A DNA stretch of 44,243 nt from Octopus sinensis (Eukaryota). A program made the translations under genes and the position numbers. Shown piece after piece: positions 1 through 12,200 of this stretch; position 1 is the first letter of the stretch, and each line of letters starts with the position of its first letter. Below the pieces are notes generated by a model. That model made no database searches. It was not told the origin of the DNA and was given only the letters and a program-made list of their open reading frames with translations. Where the stretch lies: positions 1-44,243 of the forward strand of contig NW_021835010.1 of NCBI RefSeq assembly GCF_006345805.1, read 5' to 3'.

Positions 1-102
1 TAAGTAAATATATTTCAATCATTTAAATATTTTAAATTGAAATTTTAAAAATTTAGAGCAATGGTAACGAGCGGGGCATGGTAACGAACAGGGCATGTGA
101 CA
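1..102. mobile_element. Right end (TIR) of a Ginger2/TDD-like DNA transposon; body lies left of the window
   Basis: Ends ...CATGTGACA at 102, followed by TATTA. Its reverse complement TGTCACATGCCCTGTTCGTTACCATGCCCCGCTCGTTACC parallels the TIR at 10042 (TGTGACATGGTTTGCGCGATACC...), with CG(T/A)TACC at TIR nt 17 and again 17-18 nt later. Confidence 0.65.
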
Positions 103-3100
103 TATTACGTAATTCGTTACATAATCTCAATTGCATAATATTTTACGCAATTTATTACATAATCTCAATTACCCAATATCCTCACTTCTAGGGACCTCTC
201 TATAATGCATAAAAAATCACGTGATGCATTACATAATCTTAAGTACTTCTATATCCCAAAATCTAGGGACCTTCCCAAATTGCATAATATTTTACGCAAT
301 TCATTACATAATTTCAAGTACCCCGATATGCTAAAATCTAGGGAACCTCTCATATTGCATAATATATTACGTAATTCTTCAGATATTCTCAATTGCATAA
401 TATTTTACGCAATTCATTACATAATCTCAAGTACACCGAAATGCTAAAATCTAGGGAACCTCTCATATTGCATAATATATTACGTAATTCTTTACATATT
501 CTCAATTGCATAATATTTTACGTGATCTATTACATAATCTCAATTACCCATTATCCTCACTTCTAGCGACCTCTCTATAATACATAAAAAATCACGTGAT
601 GCATTTCATAATCTCAAGTACCCCTATATACTAAAATCTAGGGACCTTCCCAAATTGCATAATATATTACGAAATTCATTACATAATCTCAAGTACCCCG
701 ATATGCTAAAATCTAGGGAACCTCTCATATTGCATAATATATTACGTAATTCGTTACATAATCTCAAGTACCACGATCTCAAGTACCCTGATAATATATT
801 ACGAAATTCATTACATAATCTCAAGTTCCCACATATCCTCAAATCTAGAAACCTCGTTATATTGCATAATATATTACGAAATTCATTACATAATCTCAAG
901 TACCCACATATCCTCAAACCTCGTCATATTGCATAATATATTACGTAATTCATTACATCATCTCAAGTATCTCCATCTACTCACATCTAGAGACTTCTCC
1001 ATATTGGATAATATATTACGAAACGCAATTATTACATAATCTCAAGTACCCTGATATGCAAAATCTAGGGAACCTCTCATATTGCATAATATATTACATA
1101 ATTCATTACATCATCATATGTATCTCCATATACTCATATCTAGAGACTTCTACATAATGCATAAAAAAGCACGTGAAGCATTACATAATCTCAAGTACCC
1201 GTATATTCTAAAATCTAGGGACCTTCCCAAATTGCATAATATATATCGAAATTCATTACATAATCTCAAGTATCCCGATATGCTAAAATCTAGGGAACCT
1301 CTCATATTGCATAATATATTACGTAATTCTTCACATATTCTCAATTGCATAATATTTTACGCAATTCATTACATAATCTCAAGTACCCCGATATACTAAA
1401 ATCTAGGGAACCTCTCATATTGCATAATATATTACGTAATTCTTTACATATTCTCAATTGCATAATATTTTACGTGATCTATTACATAATCTCAATTACC
1501 CATTATCCTCACTTCTAGCGACCTCTCTATAATACATAAAAAATCACGTGATGCATTTCATAATCTCAAGTACCCCTATATACTAAAATCTAGGGACCTT
1601 CCCAAATTGCATAATATATTACGAAATTCATTACATAATCTCAAGTACCCCGATATGCTAAAATCTAGGGAACCTCTCATATTGCATAATATATTACGTA
1701 ATTCGTTACATAATCTCAATTGCATAATATATTACGAAATTCATTACATAATCTCAAGTTCCCACATATCCTCAAATCTAGAAACCTCGTCATATTGCAT
1801 AATATATTACGAAATTCATTACATAATCTCAAGTACCCACATATCCTCAAATCTAGAAACCTCGTCATATTGCATAATATATTACGTAATTCATTACATC
1901 ATCTCAAGTATCTCCATATACTCACATCTAGAGACTTCTCCATATTGGATAATATATTACGAAACGCAATTTATTACATAATCTCAAGTACCCTGATATG
2001 CAAAATCTAGGGAACCTCTCATATTGCATAATATATTACATAATTCATTACATCATCATATGTATCTCCATATACTCATATCTAGAGACTTCTACATAAT
2101 GCATAAAAAAGCACGTGAAGCATTACATAATCTCAAGTACCCGTATATCCTAAAATCTAGGGACCTTCCCAAATTGCATAATATATATCGAAATTCATTA
2201 CATAATCTCAAGTATCCCGATATGCTAAAATCTAGGGAACCTCTCATATTGCATAATATATTACGTAATTCTTCACATATTCTCAATTGCATAATATTTT
2301 ACGCAATTCATTACATAATCTCAAGTACCCCGATATGCTAAAATCTAGGGAACCTCTGATATTGCATAATATATTACGTAATTCTTTACATATTCTCAAT
2401 TGCATAATATTTTACGTGATTTATTACATAATCTCAATTACCCAATATCCTCACTTCTAGCGACCTCTCTATAATGCATAAAAAATCACGTGATGCATTT
2501 CATAATCTCAAGTACCCCTATATACTAAAATCTAGGGACCTTCCCAAATTGCATAATATATTACGAAATTCATTACATAATCTCAAGTACCCCGATATGC
2601 TAAAATCTAGGGAACCTCTCATATTGCATAATATATTACGTAATTCGTTACATAATCTCAAGTACCACGATCTCAAGTACCCTGATAATATATTACGAAA
2701 TTTATTACATAATCTCAAGTTCCCACATATCCTCAAATCTAGAAACCTCGTTATATTGCATAATATATTACGAAATTCATTACATAATCTCAAGTACCCA
2801 CATATCCTCAAACCTCGTCATATTGCATAATATATTACGTAATTCATTACATCATCTCAAGTATCTCCATCTACTCACATCTAGAGACTTCTCCATATTG
2901 GATAATATATTACGAAACGCAATTTATTACATAATCTCAAGTACCCTGATATGCAAAATCTAGGGAACCTCTCATATTGCATAATATATTACGTAATTCA
3001 TTACATCATCATATGTATCTCCATATACTCATATCTAGAGACTTCTACATAATGCATAAAAAAGCACGTGAAGCATTACATAATCTCAAGTACCCGTATA

Positions 3101-3211
3101 TCCTAAAATCTAGGGACCTTCCCAAATTGCATAATATATTACGAAATTCATTACATAATCTCAAGTATCCCGATATGCTAAAATCTAGGGAACCTCTCAT
3201 ATTGCATAATA
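103..3211. repeat. Tandem satellite array, 75-bp monomer with ~942/953-bp higher-order repeat
   Basis: TTGCATAATATATTACG recurs at a 75-bp offset (655, 730). Near-identical spurious ORFs recur at offsets 942 (1082/2024), 953 (2024/2977) and 1894 (624/2518). Confidence 0.97.
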
Positions 3212-3380
3212 TGTCGCGTCCCACACGAGCTACCCATCCCATGGTGGTTACATGTCACCTGTCAATAAATAATGATGCCTGTCATTGTGACTGTCAAATT
3301 TAATAATTAATTGAATTGCATTGATTTCTAATCAATAATCGTTTCAACAATAAAAATTTATTAAAATAAAGAAGAAGAGA
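3212..3380 (+). mobile_element. Probable left end (TIR) of another Ginger2-like family
   Basis: Starts TGTCGCG directly after TAATA. AGCTACC at nt 17-23 and GGTTACA at nt 35-41 repeat the spacing of the 10042 TIR sub-repeats. Truncated by the LINE at ~3385. Confidence 0.5.
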
Positions 3381-3384
3381 AGAA

Positions 3385-5250
3385 TATGGTTTATTTAATA
3401 CAATAGGTCCAAAAGAAAAGTAGCCGAGGAATTAGAGCTTAGGGGGCTTGATAACGAGAGCCACGAAGGTCTCAGCTTCGGTTTTGCCCCAGGAGACTGT
3501 CTTATCTCCCTCAGCGAGTTCGAGTTTTTGCCAGGATCGCGTCAATCGTGTCAACACTCCGCTCATGCAGGTCTTCCAGCGGACTGCTGAGCTCCAGGCC
3601 GAATGCCAGTTTGATGGCAAATCGTCTGGTTTTTTCGAGTTTGGCGATTAGAAGGTCCCTTTCATCAGTTTGGTACCAGCCCTCCGAACCATAGATTATT
3701 AGTGGCTGAACACAAGTCTGGTGATGTGTAGAAACGTTTCTGCGCTTAGACAAAAACGCCTCAGTCCTTTTAGGATTTTCGCTCCTTGTTTCCGCTTTGC
3801 ATGCACATGGGGTTTGTATGACCCGGTGGGGTCTATAGTTACTCCCAGGTAACGTAGGTTCTTCGATATAATCAGGTTCCCATAATCCTCGAAAGTCGGT
3901 TTTTTGTCACGACCCATTGAAATCCAACAAATGGTACTTTTGTCCAGAGCGAGATTCAAGCCTTTACCATTGCACCAGATTTCAAGTTCCTCCAAGTACG
4001 GTTCTAGTCTGCTCCAGGACAGCCTTCTTCTGTGTCGGGGTCCCCACATCGAGACATCCGTAACCAAGATATCGTCCGCGTAGATAATTAGTCTGCTCGT
4101 AGGAAAATGTGGTTTCGGGACGTCGGCCAGAAATATATTAAAGAGCAAGGGGCTGAGAACCGATCCCTGAGGAACACCTCTCCTCAGATTCACGGCCTTC
4201 GATAGCAAATTTCCACAACGAATGAACGATTTTCTCTCGCACAAGAAGTCCTTCTGACAGTTTTTCGCCCAGCACCCAACTCCGCAACTTTATCTAACAA
4301 CCCCAAGTGCCAGACACTGTCAAAGGCCTTGCAGACGTCCAGGCAGACCGCCGTTAGGCAGGCTTTATGTTGTTTGGCCCGAGTCAGTTCTTCCTCAAGA
4401 AGCGAGAAACAGTGACCGGTTGATCGACCAGGTCTAAAACCCCACTGTTCCTCCGCAAGTATATTATTTTGTTCCACGTAAGCCGATAAACGATTGAAAA
4501 ATTCTTTCCATTATCCTCGACGTTGTGCAGATAAGGCTAATTGGCCTATAACTTCCTGCCTGCGTATTTGGTTTTCCAGGTTTTGGGATCATTCGGACGA
4601 TTGTTCGTTTCCAGCTAGGTGGGACGTGACCATTGTCCCAACTGGCATTGAATAGTTTTACCAGAATATGAAGCAAGCATCCGGGGGTGCCTTCTTGAAA
4701 ACCTCCATAGGGATGAAGTCAAATCCAGGAGCGTTGTTCTTGCAACTTCTGATTGCTTCGAACGTCTCTTCCGTGGTTATTTCTCTGCACAAGGGCCCAT
4801 CCAAAACAAGTTTTGAGCGGGAATTTCGGGTCGACTTCTCGAATATTTTCAGAGGCAGGATAGACGAAGGGTCTACCTCCTGAATCCCTGCTACCTGCTG
4901 GCGGAAGACCTCCGGGACTTCCTCAGTAGGAACAAAGCCTCCATCCACCGATTTAAGAATGATTTCTTCTCATTTCGCTTCCGTCCCGTTCATTATTTTG
5001 TATAGTTTCCAGAATTTAGGATTTTTCTTGTTGAGTTTTAAGCATTCTCTCTTCCATGCCTCATCTGTGTTAGCTTTAGTCAGCTCGTCGATCCTACTCT
5101 TCAGGGTGTTGATTCGGGCCTTTAGACTTCCAGAGTCCTCAGATTCGAAACACCTCCTTCTTTTGCTTTCCAGTCGCGCCTTGTCTCTGACTAGCTCAGA
5201 CAGTCTAGTTTCGGACCTCTTCGCGCAAGATCCCTGGGATTTCATATGTT
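3385..5250 (-). mobile_element. 5'-truncated Jockey/I-group APE-type LINE (linker + RT + C-terminus), frameshifted
   Basis: RT motifs YRPISL, QWGFRPGRST, DVCKAFDSV, GVPQGSVLSP and YADD lie across ORFs 4970-5290, 4658-4948, 4464-4676, 4190-4477 and 3699-4244. The 3' end has AATAAA plus a TTC-rich tail. Near-identical to 38383-39686. Confidence 0.92.
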
Positions 5251-6695
5251 TTTTAGGAACCGATAAATGGATGGGCAACGAAGAAAGCAAGATTCCAGCA
5301 CAGAGTCGCGGCGGACACTGTTAAATGCGTTGGTAATGTCTAGTTTGACTAGAATTCGGGGATGTAAACTCTCGGTCACAAAGCGTCTGGCGGCATGCAC
5401 CGCTGCCTCGCAGCCTGAGGGAACCCCAACTCCTAGCTGTAACGGGAGAAATGCTTTTGCAAGTTCCGGGGAGACCGACCGGCAGGCGAGCTTTGAAGCC
5501 AGGCGTCGGAAAATGTTCCCGACGGCGATAGGACGAACTCCGCCGTCTTTTTGGAAAAAGGAAGCAGATGGGCGGAGAAAATGAGTCCGCGAGCGAATGC
5601 GGACAAGTTTGAAGATAAAAGGTTGTTGACAAGTTCCGTGATCGAGGTTAGGAGCAGCGAGCCTGTTGGGCCGATCAAGGGAGAAATGAGGTTGCGAAGG
5701 TGACTGGGGCGGAGCCCCTCAATGCCTGCACTGCTGCTAGGTGAAAAAGATTTGAGAGCGCGGCAGATCGCATCGTTGGTGAGTATCGGGGGGGAGGGCG
5801 TGGAATCGACGGATGGAAAAGGCCTGAGGTCAACAGGGGCGGGGGGGTGTTTGCACTTCAAAGTGTTGATAACGTTTTTGGTCGATGGGAGTACTCCGCC
5901 ATTGGAAGCCAGAACTCTCATAGCAGCTCTGGTGTCGCCCTCGATCAATTTGGACAAGATACGAGGCCCAAGAGAGGCGGTGTCAAAGCCTGAAGTACCG
6001 GCGTTTGTACTATCGTCGGGATTGAAGCGCTTTGCGGCTTCGACATGACTGGCAAGGATCGAGCTTAGAAACTCGTCCTTAGCTGATTGTTCCATAAAGT
6101 CCGAGATGTTGTTTTTGACGGATGTGGCGAGAGAGCGATCTGATTTCTCGTGGTCGTAACTGAGACCTAGTGCAAGAAGAGGAAATAGGAAGATTCTGAC
6201 CCAGGCGGATTTGGATGAAGAGAGAAGGATGTCATTTATTAGAGAGGCCAAAGATTCGGATGCCAGCGGCCGGGCGGTCTTAGGGATTTTTCCGAGCACA
6301 AAGCGGCTGCGGCGGAGCGAGGAAATTGCGAGGAGGACATCTTCTGCGGAAAATTCGTCCAGGCAAATAGCGTCCGCGGGGGGTTTCCGGGTGGGGATTT
6401 TTGGATTTCTGCGAGGCTGAGGTAGGCAAGAGGGACATAGCCAGCATTTTAGTGCCATAGCCTCGCGTTTACGGATATTTAGGCAATACAGGTGGAAATA
6501 CTCATCGCAAGAGGAGCAGCGAAGTGCGTTCTTTCTGGGGGCTGAAGACAGGCAATGCCTGCAAAGTGTAGGTTCACGAAGGAAACAACTGGGTGGTTGT
6601 GAAGTTTTGGGTGTCATGGATATAAGAAAAAAAACAGAATGAGTGAAAAGAAATGAAATGAAAAAAGAAAAAGAGTAAGAGAGGATAGGAAAGAT
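5251..6695 (-). mobile_element. 5' half of a CRE/SLACS-clade non-LTR retrotransposon (PHD-type Cys finger + N-half of RT)
   Basis: ORF 5433-6701 has CRHC...CSSCDEYFHLYC...CPSC. After a 1-nt shift in an A-run it reads KKDGGVRPIAVGNIFRRLASK...CEAAVHAARR...KLDITNAFNSVRRD, homologous to ORF 16977-18821. It stops abruptly at RCPSIYRFLK. Confidence 0.9.
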
Positions 6696-6699
6696 AGCC

Positions 6700-8084
6700 A
6701 TTTTGGCTTTGTTCGGGACTTTTTTCCATCTAAAAAATCCTCCTAACTGTCAAAACCCAGAAAACTGTTCAGTCATTGCTCAGTCCATTTATTATATCCC
6801 ACTTGGAATGTGTTTACAGTTCGGGTGGGCGTGCAGTCAAATTTCCCATCTTTCTCTTATGAACGTCATCAGCGATAGTGACGAAGAAAGAATTATTCTT
6901 AATTCAATTCGGTGGCTAAAAATTAATTATGAATAGTTATGGATTTACGGTGGCCTCTTATGTCATGGTTTTCACTCTCGGCTCTCTTTTTGTGGGAGTA
7001 AATAGCGGACGGAGCAGTGGAGTACCCACGGAGTCTTCGATCTTAGTATTTTCACTCAAATTAAATTTTTAGAAAATTGTTGCTGTAAATTTATCAATTG
7101 GAGTAGTGGCATGTTTACTATTTCATGTTGGAACATATGAGCCGGAGATAAATCAAACTACAGATTCCAGTAATGAGACGAAGAGTTGGAAATCATGGCT
7201 AAATGATTCTAGATTATATTTAGTAAATCTAATTTTTCAAAAATTTTTTAGTTCGCCACAATATACGCAATTGCACGACTTATTACAAATATTTCGCTAA
7301 TCTACTATCCAGTATATCTTATGTATACACTCAAATTAAAATCAGTAGCCCTTTTTACTTTTATTTTTAGGAATTTTCGTTCATAGTTCCTCTCATATTT
7401 TACGTGTCTTCCATCTCAATATCAGCATTTCAAAATAGACTGATCTCACGAATTGGAATTAAGGTTACCTGGTTTAACCGATTGTAGAGACTATACTTCA
7501 TTGGTCTTGTATTTGTAGCCATTTCCTCAATAATTATTATGTACCTTAAAGAGCAAGATATCCCAGGGACTATACTGATGTCTGTCATATTTGGTTTTGG
7601 CTCCACCACCATCATAATAACCGCTTTGGCCATGATCTCAAATATAATCGGAGATAATCACGTTTTGACAGCATTTCTTTATTTAATTAGAACGAATCAG
7701 CGTTTGTGTATGGGTTGGTAAGTTTTACCGACAAAACATCTACTGGAGTCTTGGTGGTGATTATTCAGACTATCGAGAAACTTTAGTTTTCGTAGTTTAT
7801 TATGATTTAAAGTTTCCACGAAGAATACAAAAACGCAAAATATACAAGGAATGTCTTGTGCTGGGTGAATTTAGCTGCTGTTGTAGTTGCAGGTGTTTGT
7901 TTGGTTATTTCTACGTTCAAGTTATTTAAAACAAAAAAAGATGAAGGTTTTTTTGAATTTCTTTTCTAATTTTACAGAATTAAATTTATTGTTGGACAAA
8001 AAGATTATTCAATCTTGTTATACTGCGAGTAACAAGTCTGTTCTTTACCAAAGTTATAATTTAACTGCGAGTCTAAAACGATGA
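6700..8084 (+). CDS. MFSD12: MFSD12-like major facilitator transporter, 8 tiny introns, N-terminus missing
   Basis: Splicing GT-AG introns 6912-6936, 7046-7072, 7223-7251, 7345-7370, 7464-7487, 7662-7690, 7786-7812 and 7947-7977 gives one open frame. It contains LQFGWACSQISHLSL, IRYGFTV, LLFHVGTYE, ARLITNIS and SAFVYGLVSFTDK, all MFSD12-family motifs. Ends TGA at 8084. No start codon or first TM helices before the CRE element. Confidence 0.85.
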
Positions 8085-8099
8085 AATAGATGGACCTTT

Positions 8100-8640
8100 T
8101 ATTAATAAAAAGAATCTAATTAACTAATTAATTTTCTAACTAAGTCCAGAGCCTCTGATGTGAACAGAGGATGCCAATTCGCACCTCCATCCCTCTCTTT
8201 TCTGCCTCCTAGATCTCAGAAAAGGATTAGTCCTGCGCTTCTCGCTGAACAAATATTAGGAAAGGACTGGATCGGCGAGCATCAAAAATGATACTCTCCA
8301 GAGTCCTCTTAAGAACAGTTGACTGCTTTTAAGCCTGTAGAGACTTATCTACACCAACCTGTCTTAAGTACCACTTTTGGTACTTTCTGGACCGTCTTAA
8401 GGCATACTTACTGCAGAGCAAAAGATGGAAGGACCTCACCATTTTTTTTGCCTCCATGTGTAAGTATTGTACAGCATACTTCCGAACTTGATGGCTAATT
8501 AATCATCAGGCCAACATAGTAGTTTAGCAGTGAGATCGTCTACTCGTTTATGCCATGGAATAAGTTCCGTGCATTGTCCGTGGATCTCTGAAGACCAAGT
8601 GCAAAATCTTTTTCTAAATCTTATATACTCGACAAATTTT
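8100..8640 (-). mobile_element. 3' fragment of a non-LTR retrotransposon (possibly L1/Tx1-like)
   Basis: Dispersed repeat homologous to 41690-41985 (shared LKRTLES..FDARRSSPFL..QREA). Decayed ORF ends near an AATAAA. Clade call is tentative. Confidence 0.55.
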
Positions 8641-9340
8641 CCACTTTCCGCATTAAATGTTTTGTTCACGACATTTTTTATTAGTTTATCTGTAGTGGTT
8701 TACGATTAACCTAGAATTAATCATTCTATGATCCGCAACTTATTTTTTTCACATTAAAAACCGGTTCAGTATTGTACGAAAGATTTAACGAATTGTTGAA
8801 TGTGCTGTTCGGCCACCATCTAAAAGAGTTGAAGCAATTCCAGAGGATGCTACTGCTAGTGCTATTTGATTGTCACTTCTAATCTTCGCTAACAATAAAT
8901 TTAGAAGATAGGTCTTACCTGTACCACCCGAAGCATCAATAAAAATGATAGAACCATTTTTTTCTCGGATGACTCGGTTAATTTCTCTGTATATATCAAA
9001 CTGACAAGCTAATAAGCTATGTTCTTTTTCCTCCACAATTTTTCTGAGTTCTAAATTATAATGTTCACCTAAGGTATTTATATTATGAATATTGCTGATT
9101 TTAAAACCAAATTTACTTACACTCTTACCTACGACAGATATTAGCAATTTGTCTATCACAATTAATCCAATGTTGAAAATCTCTTCATAAAAACTCGGTC
9201 TATTCTTCTCTTTCAATATATCTTCGCACATGCTTTCTCGATGAACTTCTAACAATTGCTTAGAATTTTATAACCCACAATGGGCTAGCATCAAAAGAGG
9301 AGATATTATCTGTTTTTTAAAACCATTTGTGATGAACAAA
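8641..9340 (-). mobile_element. Helitron Rep-helicase (Pif1-type) fragment
   Basis: ORF 8785-9255 has [24 protein letters not shown]...[23 protein letters not shown] (Helitron Pif1 Walker A region), preceded by HRESMCED. Confidence 0.85.
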
Positions 9341-9529
9341 ATTGAGGGGAGAAATCCTGGTAAAAATAATAACTTAAGTAATATTTGAAAAAAGGAAGAT
9401 CTATAGTCAAGAGTCGTGAGTTTTATATTTGAATTTAAATTCTAGTCGGCTAATTCCAATTTATTCACAAGACCAATGTGAAAATTGGTACAATTTTCAA
9501 TTGATTGAAAAGTTGTCTTAATGAATTTT

Positions 9530-10041
9530 TGATTGTTGTTAGGAGTTTGGTGTGGTTATGAATATCTTACTATTTATTCTTGTACGCTCGACCAAAGACA
9601 CAATTGATCCGATAGCAAATGTAATTTGTGAATCTCCAACAGCCCTGAAGGCCCGAATTTTGCGGTGCCATAATGGATCTTACGAGCTTCTATTTAAGAA
9701 TGCAGAGGACCAAAACGACTTCATCTAGGATTGTGTCGGAATCTTACTTTTGGTCTTAATGGCTACACAATTGAATACTTGGCACCTCGGAACTTAGAAC
9801 GCCTTACTGGGTAACAGACAATGCTTTGGTCAACCTGCTATCCCGTTCAATCTCTCCGAGTTTCAAGGTGGAAAGATTTGTCTGTAAAGTGATGACATTG
9901 AACTTCGATCTTGTTCTGTGTCGTGAACTGATCGAATTTGAATTGCTAACTTCCATTGGATGAATAACGATTGGTGGAATGTACCCGAAGGACCTCAGAA
10001 ACTACTCTGAAGTGATCAGGAAGTTCTTTTAAGATAATATG
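9530..10041 (+). mobile_element. Internally deleted LINE relic, left part (ORF1-like segment then APE segment)
   Basis: 9540-9890 is homologous to 20830-21510 (ANVIC.SPTA, YELL.KNA.D.NDFI, SISPSF.VERFVCK). Removing the 10042-11706 insert plus one TAATA restores in-frame RYNKIVILAGDLNSK, an APE motif. Confidence 0.6.
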
Positions 10042-11706
10042 TGACATGGTTTGCGCGATACCTATGGGCCGCGCGATACCTGACGTGACCTTGAAATGTG
10101 CAATTATGACATTGATGGGATTAAATTATAAATCTTTTAATTAGACCGCGACTCATTCTTATCATTTAATAATTTACTAAATTAGCTAAAGACTCTCTCA
10201 TTTTGACAAAAAATTATATTTGTAAAAATTTAATTATCAGAAATTAATTTTTTTGGTGGAAAACCTAAATTTCTTAAGTTATTTCTAGCGTGCAAGTATG
10301 TTTTGCAGCAATGTCCTCGTACAAAGGTTATGTAAAGAATAGTTGGAATATCAAATTTTAAAAGATGTTTTACAGGATAAATTTCCTGAACATCTTACAA
10401 AGCAAAAAAAATATAGACTAGTTAAGAAAATTGAAAATTTTACTGTAATTAATGAAAGGTATCATACAAATTGTAAATGTATAGATTGTATCTTAAATGT
10501 GCGAATTCAGATCACAAGCTAGTGATTTGTCTGGACAATGAACCCGAAATGGAGATCGTTGCTAAAAGTTTGCATGACTTCTTGCATGGAGGAGTTAACA
10601 AAATTGAATATGAATGTCGACAACGATATTTCACAGTTAAAAATGAGATTATTCGAAAAGTCATTCGAAACTGTGAAATTTGTAAATTTGCGTGACCCTT
10701 AAAAGTTTTAACTTTTTAAATCCTAGATTGGAGATATAAATAACCATGTCTTTGCATCTTGCCCAAATGAAAGATTTCAGATATATCTTATAGATCTGAA
10801 AAGTTTTTCTACTATAAATAAAAATTTTAAATGGATTTTAACGGTCATTGACGTATATAGCAGGTTAGTTTTTTTTAACAATTTTTATAGATTTGCATTT
10901 GCGAGGCCGCTCTACACTAAGTCCTCAAATGAAGTTTGTGAAAACCTTATTTTTCTTAAATGGTCCGTGTCAATTTCTTCAGTCAGATAATGGGACTGAA
11001 TTCAAGAATCGTGAAATGACCAATCTATGTGAGGAATTCAATATCAAACGAATTCACGGAAGGCCAAACAATCCCCGCTCACAAGGGATTGTCGAACGCT
11101 TCAACCAGTCAATTACAAGAAAAATGGCAAAAATGATCGACAATGATAATAAAAAGTGGCTGGAAAAATTAGAAAATGCAGTGTACAGTTATAACATTTC
11201 TGTCCACTCATCTTCTAATGAGAGCCCTTTTGAAAGATACCGGGGAATACGTGGAATAAATACAATATTTATGGTTGTAATTATAAAATTATTCCTTAGA
11301 TAATTCAAGTAATGATTTGTTGAGTCCTGATCAAGTCGATGATGCAAACAATTGTCCGAGTCCAATTGAAAATTCATGTAATTTGAATTTCTAGATGATT
11401 GTAATTATTCGTTTACAAGTCCGAAAAGATTGCGACTGAATAAGTTTGAATCTCCATATTATCCATCTGCAGAAATTATCAGTATTTTATCAAACAATCG
11501 CGTTGAGGTAGTTTAAACATTCAAATTTAATAGATAAAAAATTCGATGAGCGAAATTTCGATTGTGCCAATGTCCAGACTTAAAAAATAATTAACAAGTT
11601 ATTATTCTTTGAAGTTTAATATTAATTACAATATTGACATTAAGTTAAGCTGCAAGGTCACGTCAGGTATCGCGCGGCCCATAGGTATCACGCAAACCAT
11701 GTCACA
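10042..11706 (+). mobile_element. Complete but defective Ginger2/TDD-like DNA transposon (rve integrase, TIRs, 5-bp TSD, introns)
   Basis: ~55-bp TIRs TGTGACATGG...CCATGTCACA, with TAATA at 10037-10041 and 11707-11711. Spliced ORF (introns 10459-10484, 10705-10726, 10864-10890) has an HxxxH...CxxC zinc domain, VIDVYSRF, LQSDNGTEF and SQGIVERFNQ. Lesions: TGA at 10693, QID changed to QIY, frameshifts, and a ~170-bp deletion relative to 22343-23639. Confidence 0.9.
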
Positions 11707-12200
11707 TAATAAAATAGTTATTCTTGCGGGAGATCTCAATTCGAAAAATACTGTGTATGTATGTGAGACCTATAACCAAGATGGGTTTCAAAACCGAGGA
11801 CTCCCGAAATCTAAATATCAAAATCAAAATCCTGAGGAATCAGATCGATGAGCTGACTAAAGCTAACACAGATGCGACATGGAAGAGTGAATGTTTAAAA
11901 CTGAACAGGAAAAATCCTAAATTCTAGAAACTGGACAAAATAATGTGCGGGACGGAGACTAAGAGAGAAGAAATCATATTTTAATCGATGAATGGAGCCC
12001 TTTTTTTTACTGAGGAAGTCATGAAGGTGTTCCGTCAACAACTAGCAGTGATTCAGGAGGTGGACCTTTCGTCAATCTTGCCTCGGGAAATTTTCGAGAA
12101 TTCGATTCTAAATTCATGTTTAAAATATGTACTGGATGAACCCTTATGCAGGAAATAACCATGGAAGAGATGATCGAAGTAATCAAAGGTTGTAAGTTCT
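11707..12200 (+). mobile_element. Internally deleted LINE relic, right part (APE motif + linker), same family as 3385-5250
   Basis: VILAGDLNSK followed, after a deletion, by QIDELTKANTDATWKSECLKLNRKNPKF, which matches ORF 4970-5290. Confidence 0.8.

Noticed and set aside
103-3211. CRISPR-like repeat/spacer pattern (38-bp constant half + 37-bp variable half)
   Set aside because: The variable halves are homologous to each other rather than unique spacers, there are no cas genes, and the context is eukaryotic.
205-3303. Many repeated ORFs (LHNILRNSLHNLKY...) on both strands
   Set aside because: They are translations of the 75-bp satellite, open on both strands and in several frames, with no protein motif.
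3212-3349. 138-bp TG...CA segment as a solo LTR
   Set aside because: Flanks differ (TAATA versus ATAAA), so there is no TSD. The first 41 nt fit the Ginger-like TIR layout better.
6690-6702. AG at 6696-6697 as the acceptor of a giant intron containing the TEs and satellite
   Set aside because: The upstream sequence is purine-rich (reverse strand of the CRE 5' end) and every other intron here is 31 nt or shorter. Not excluded without RNA data.
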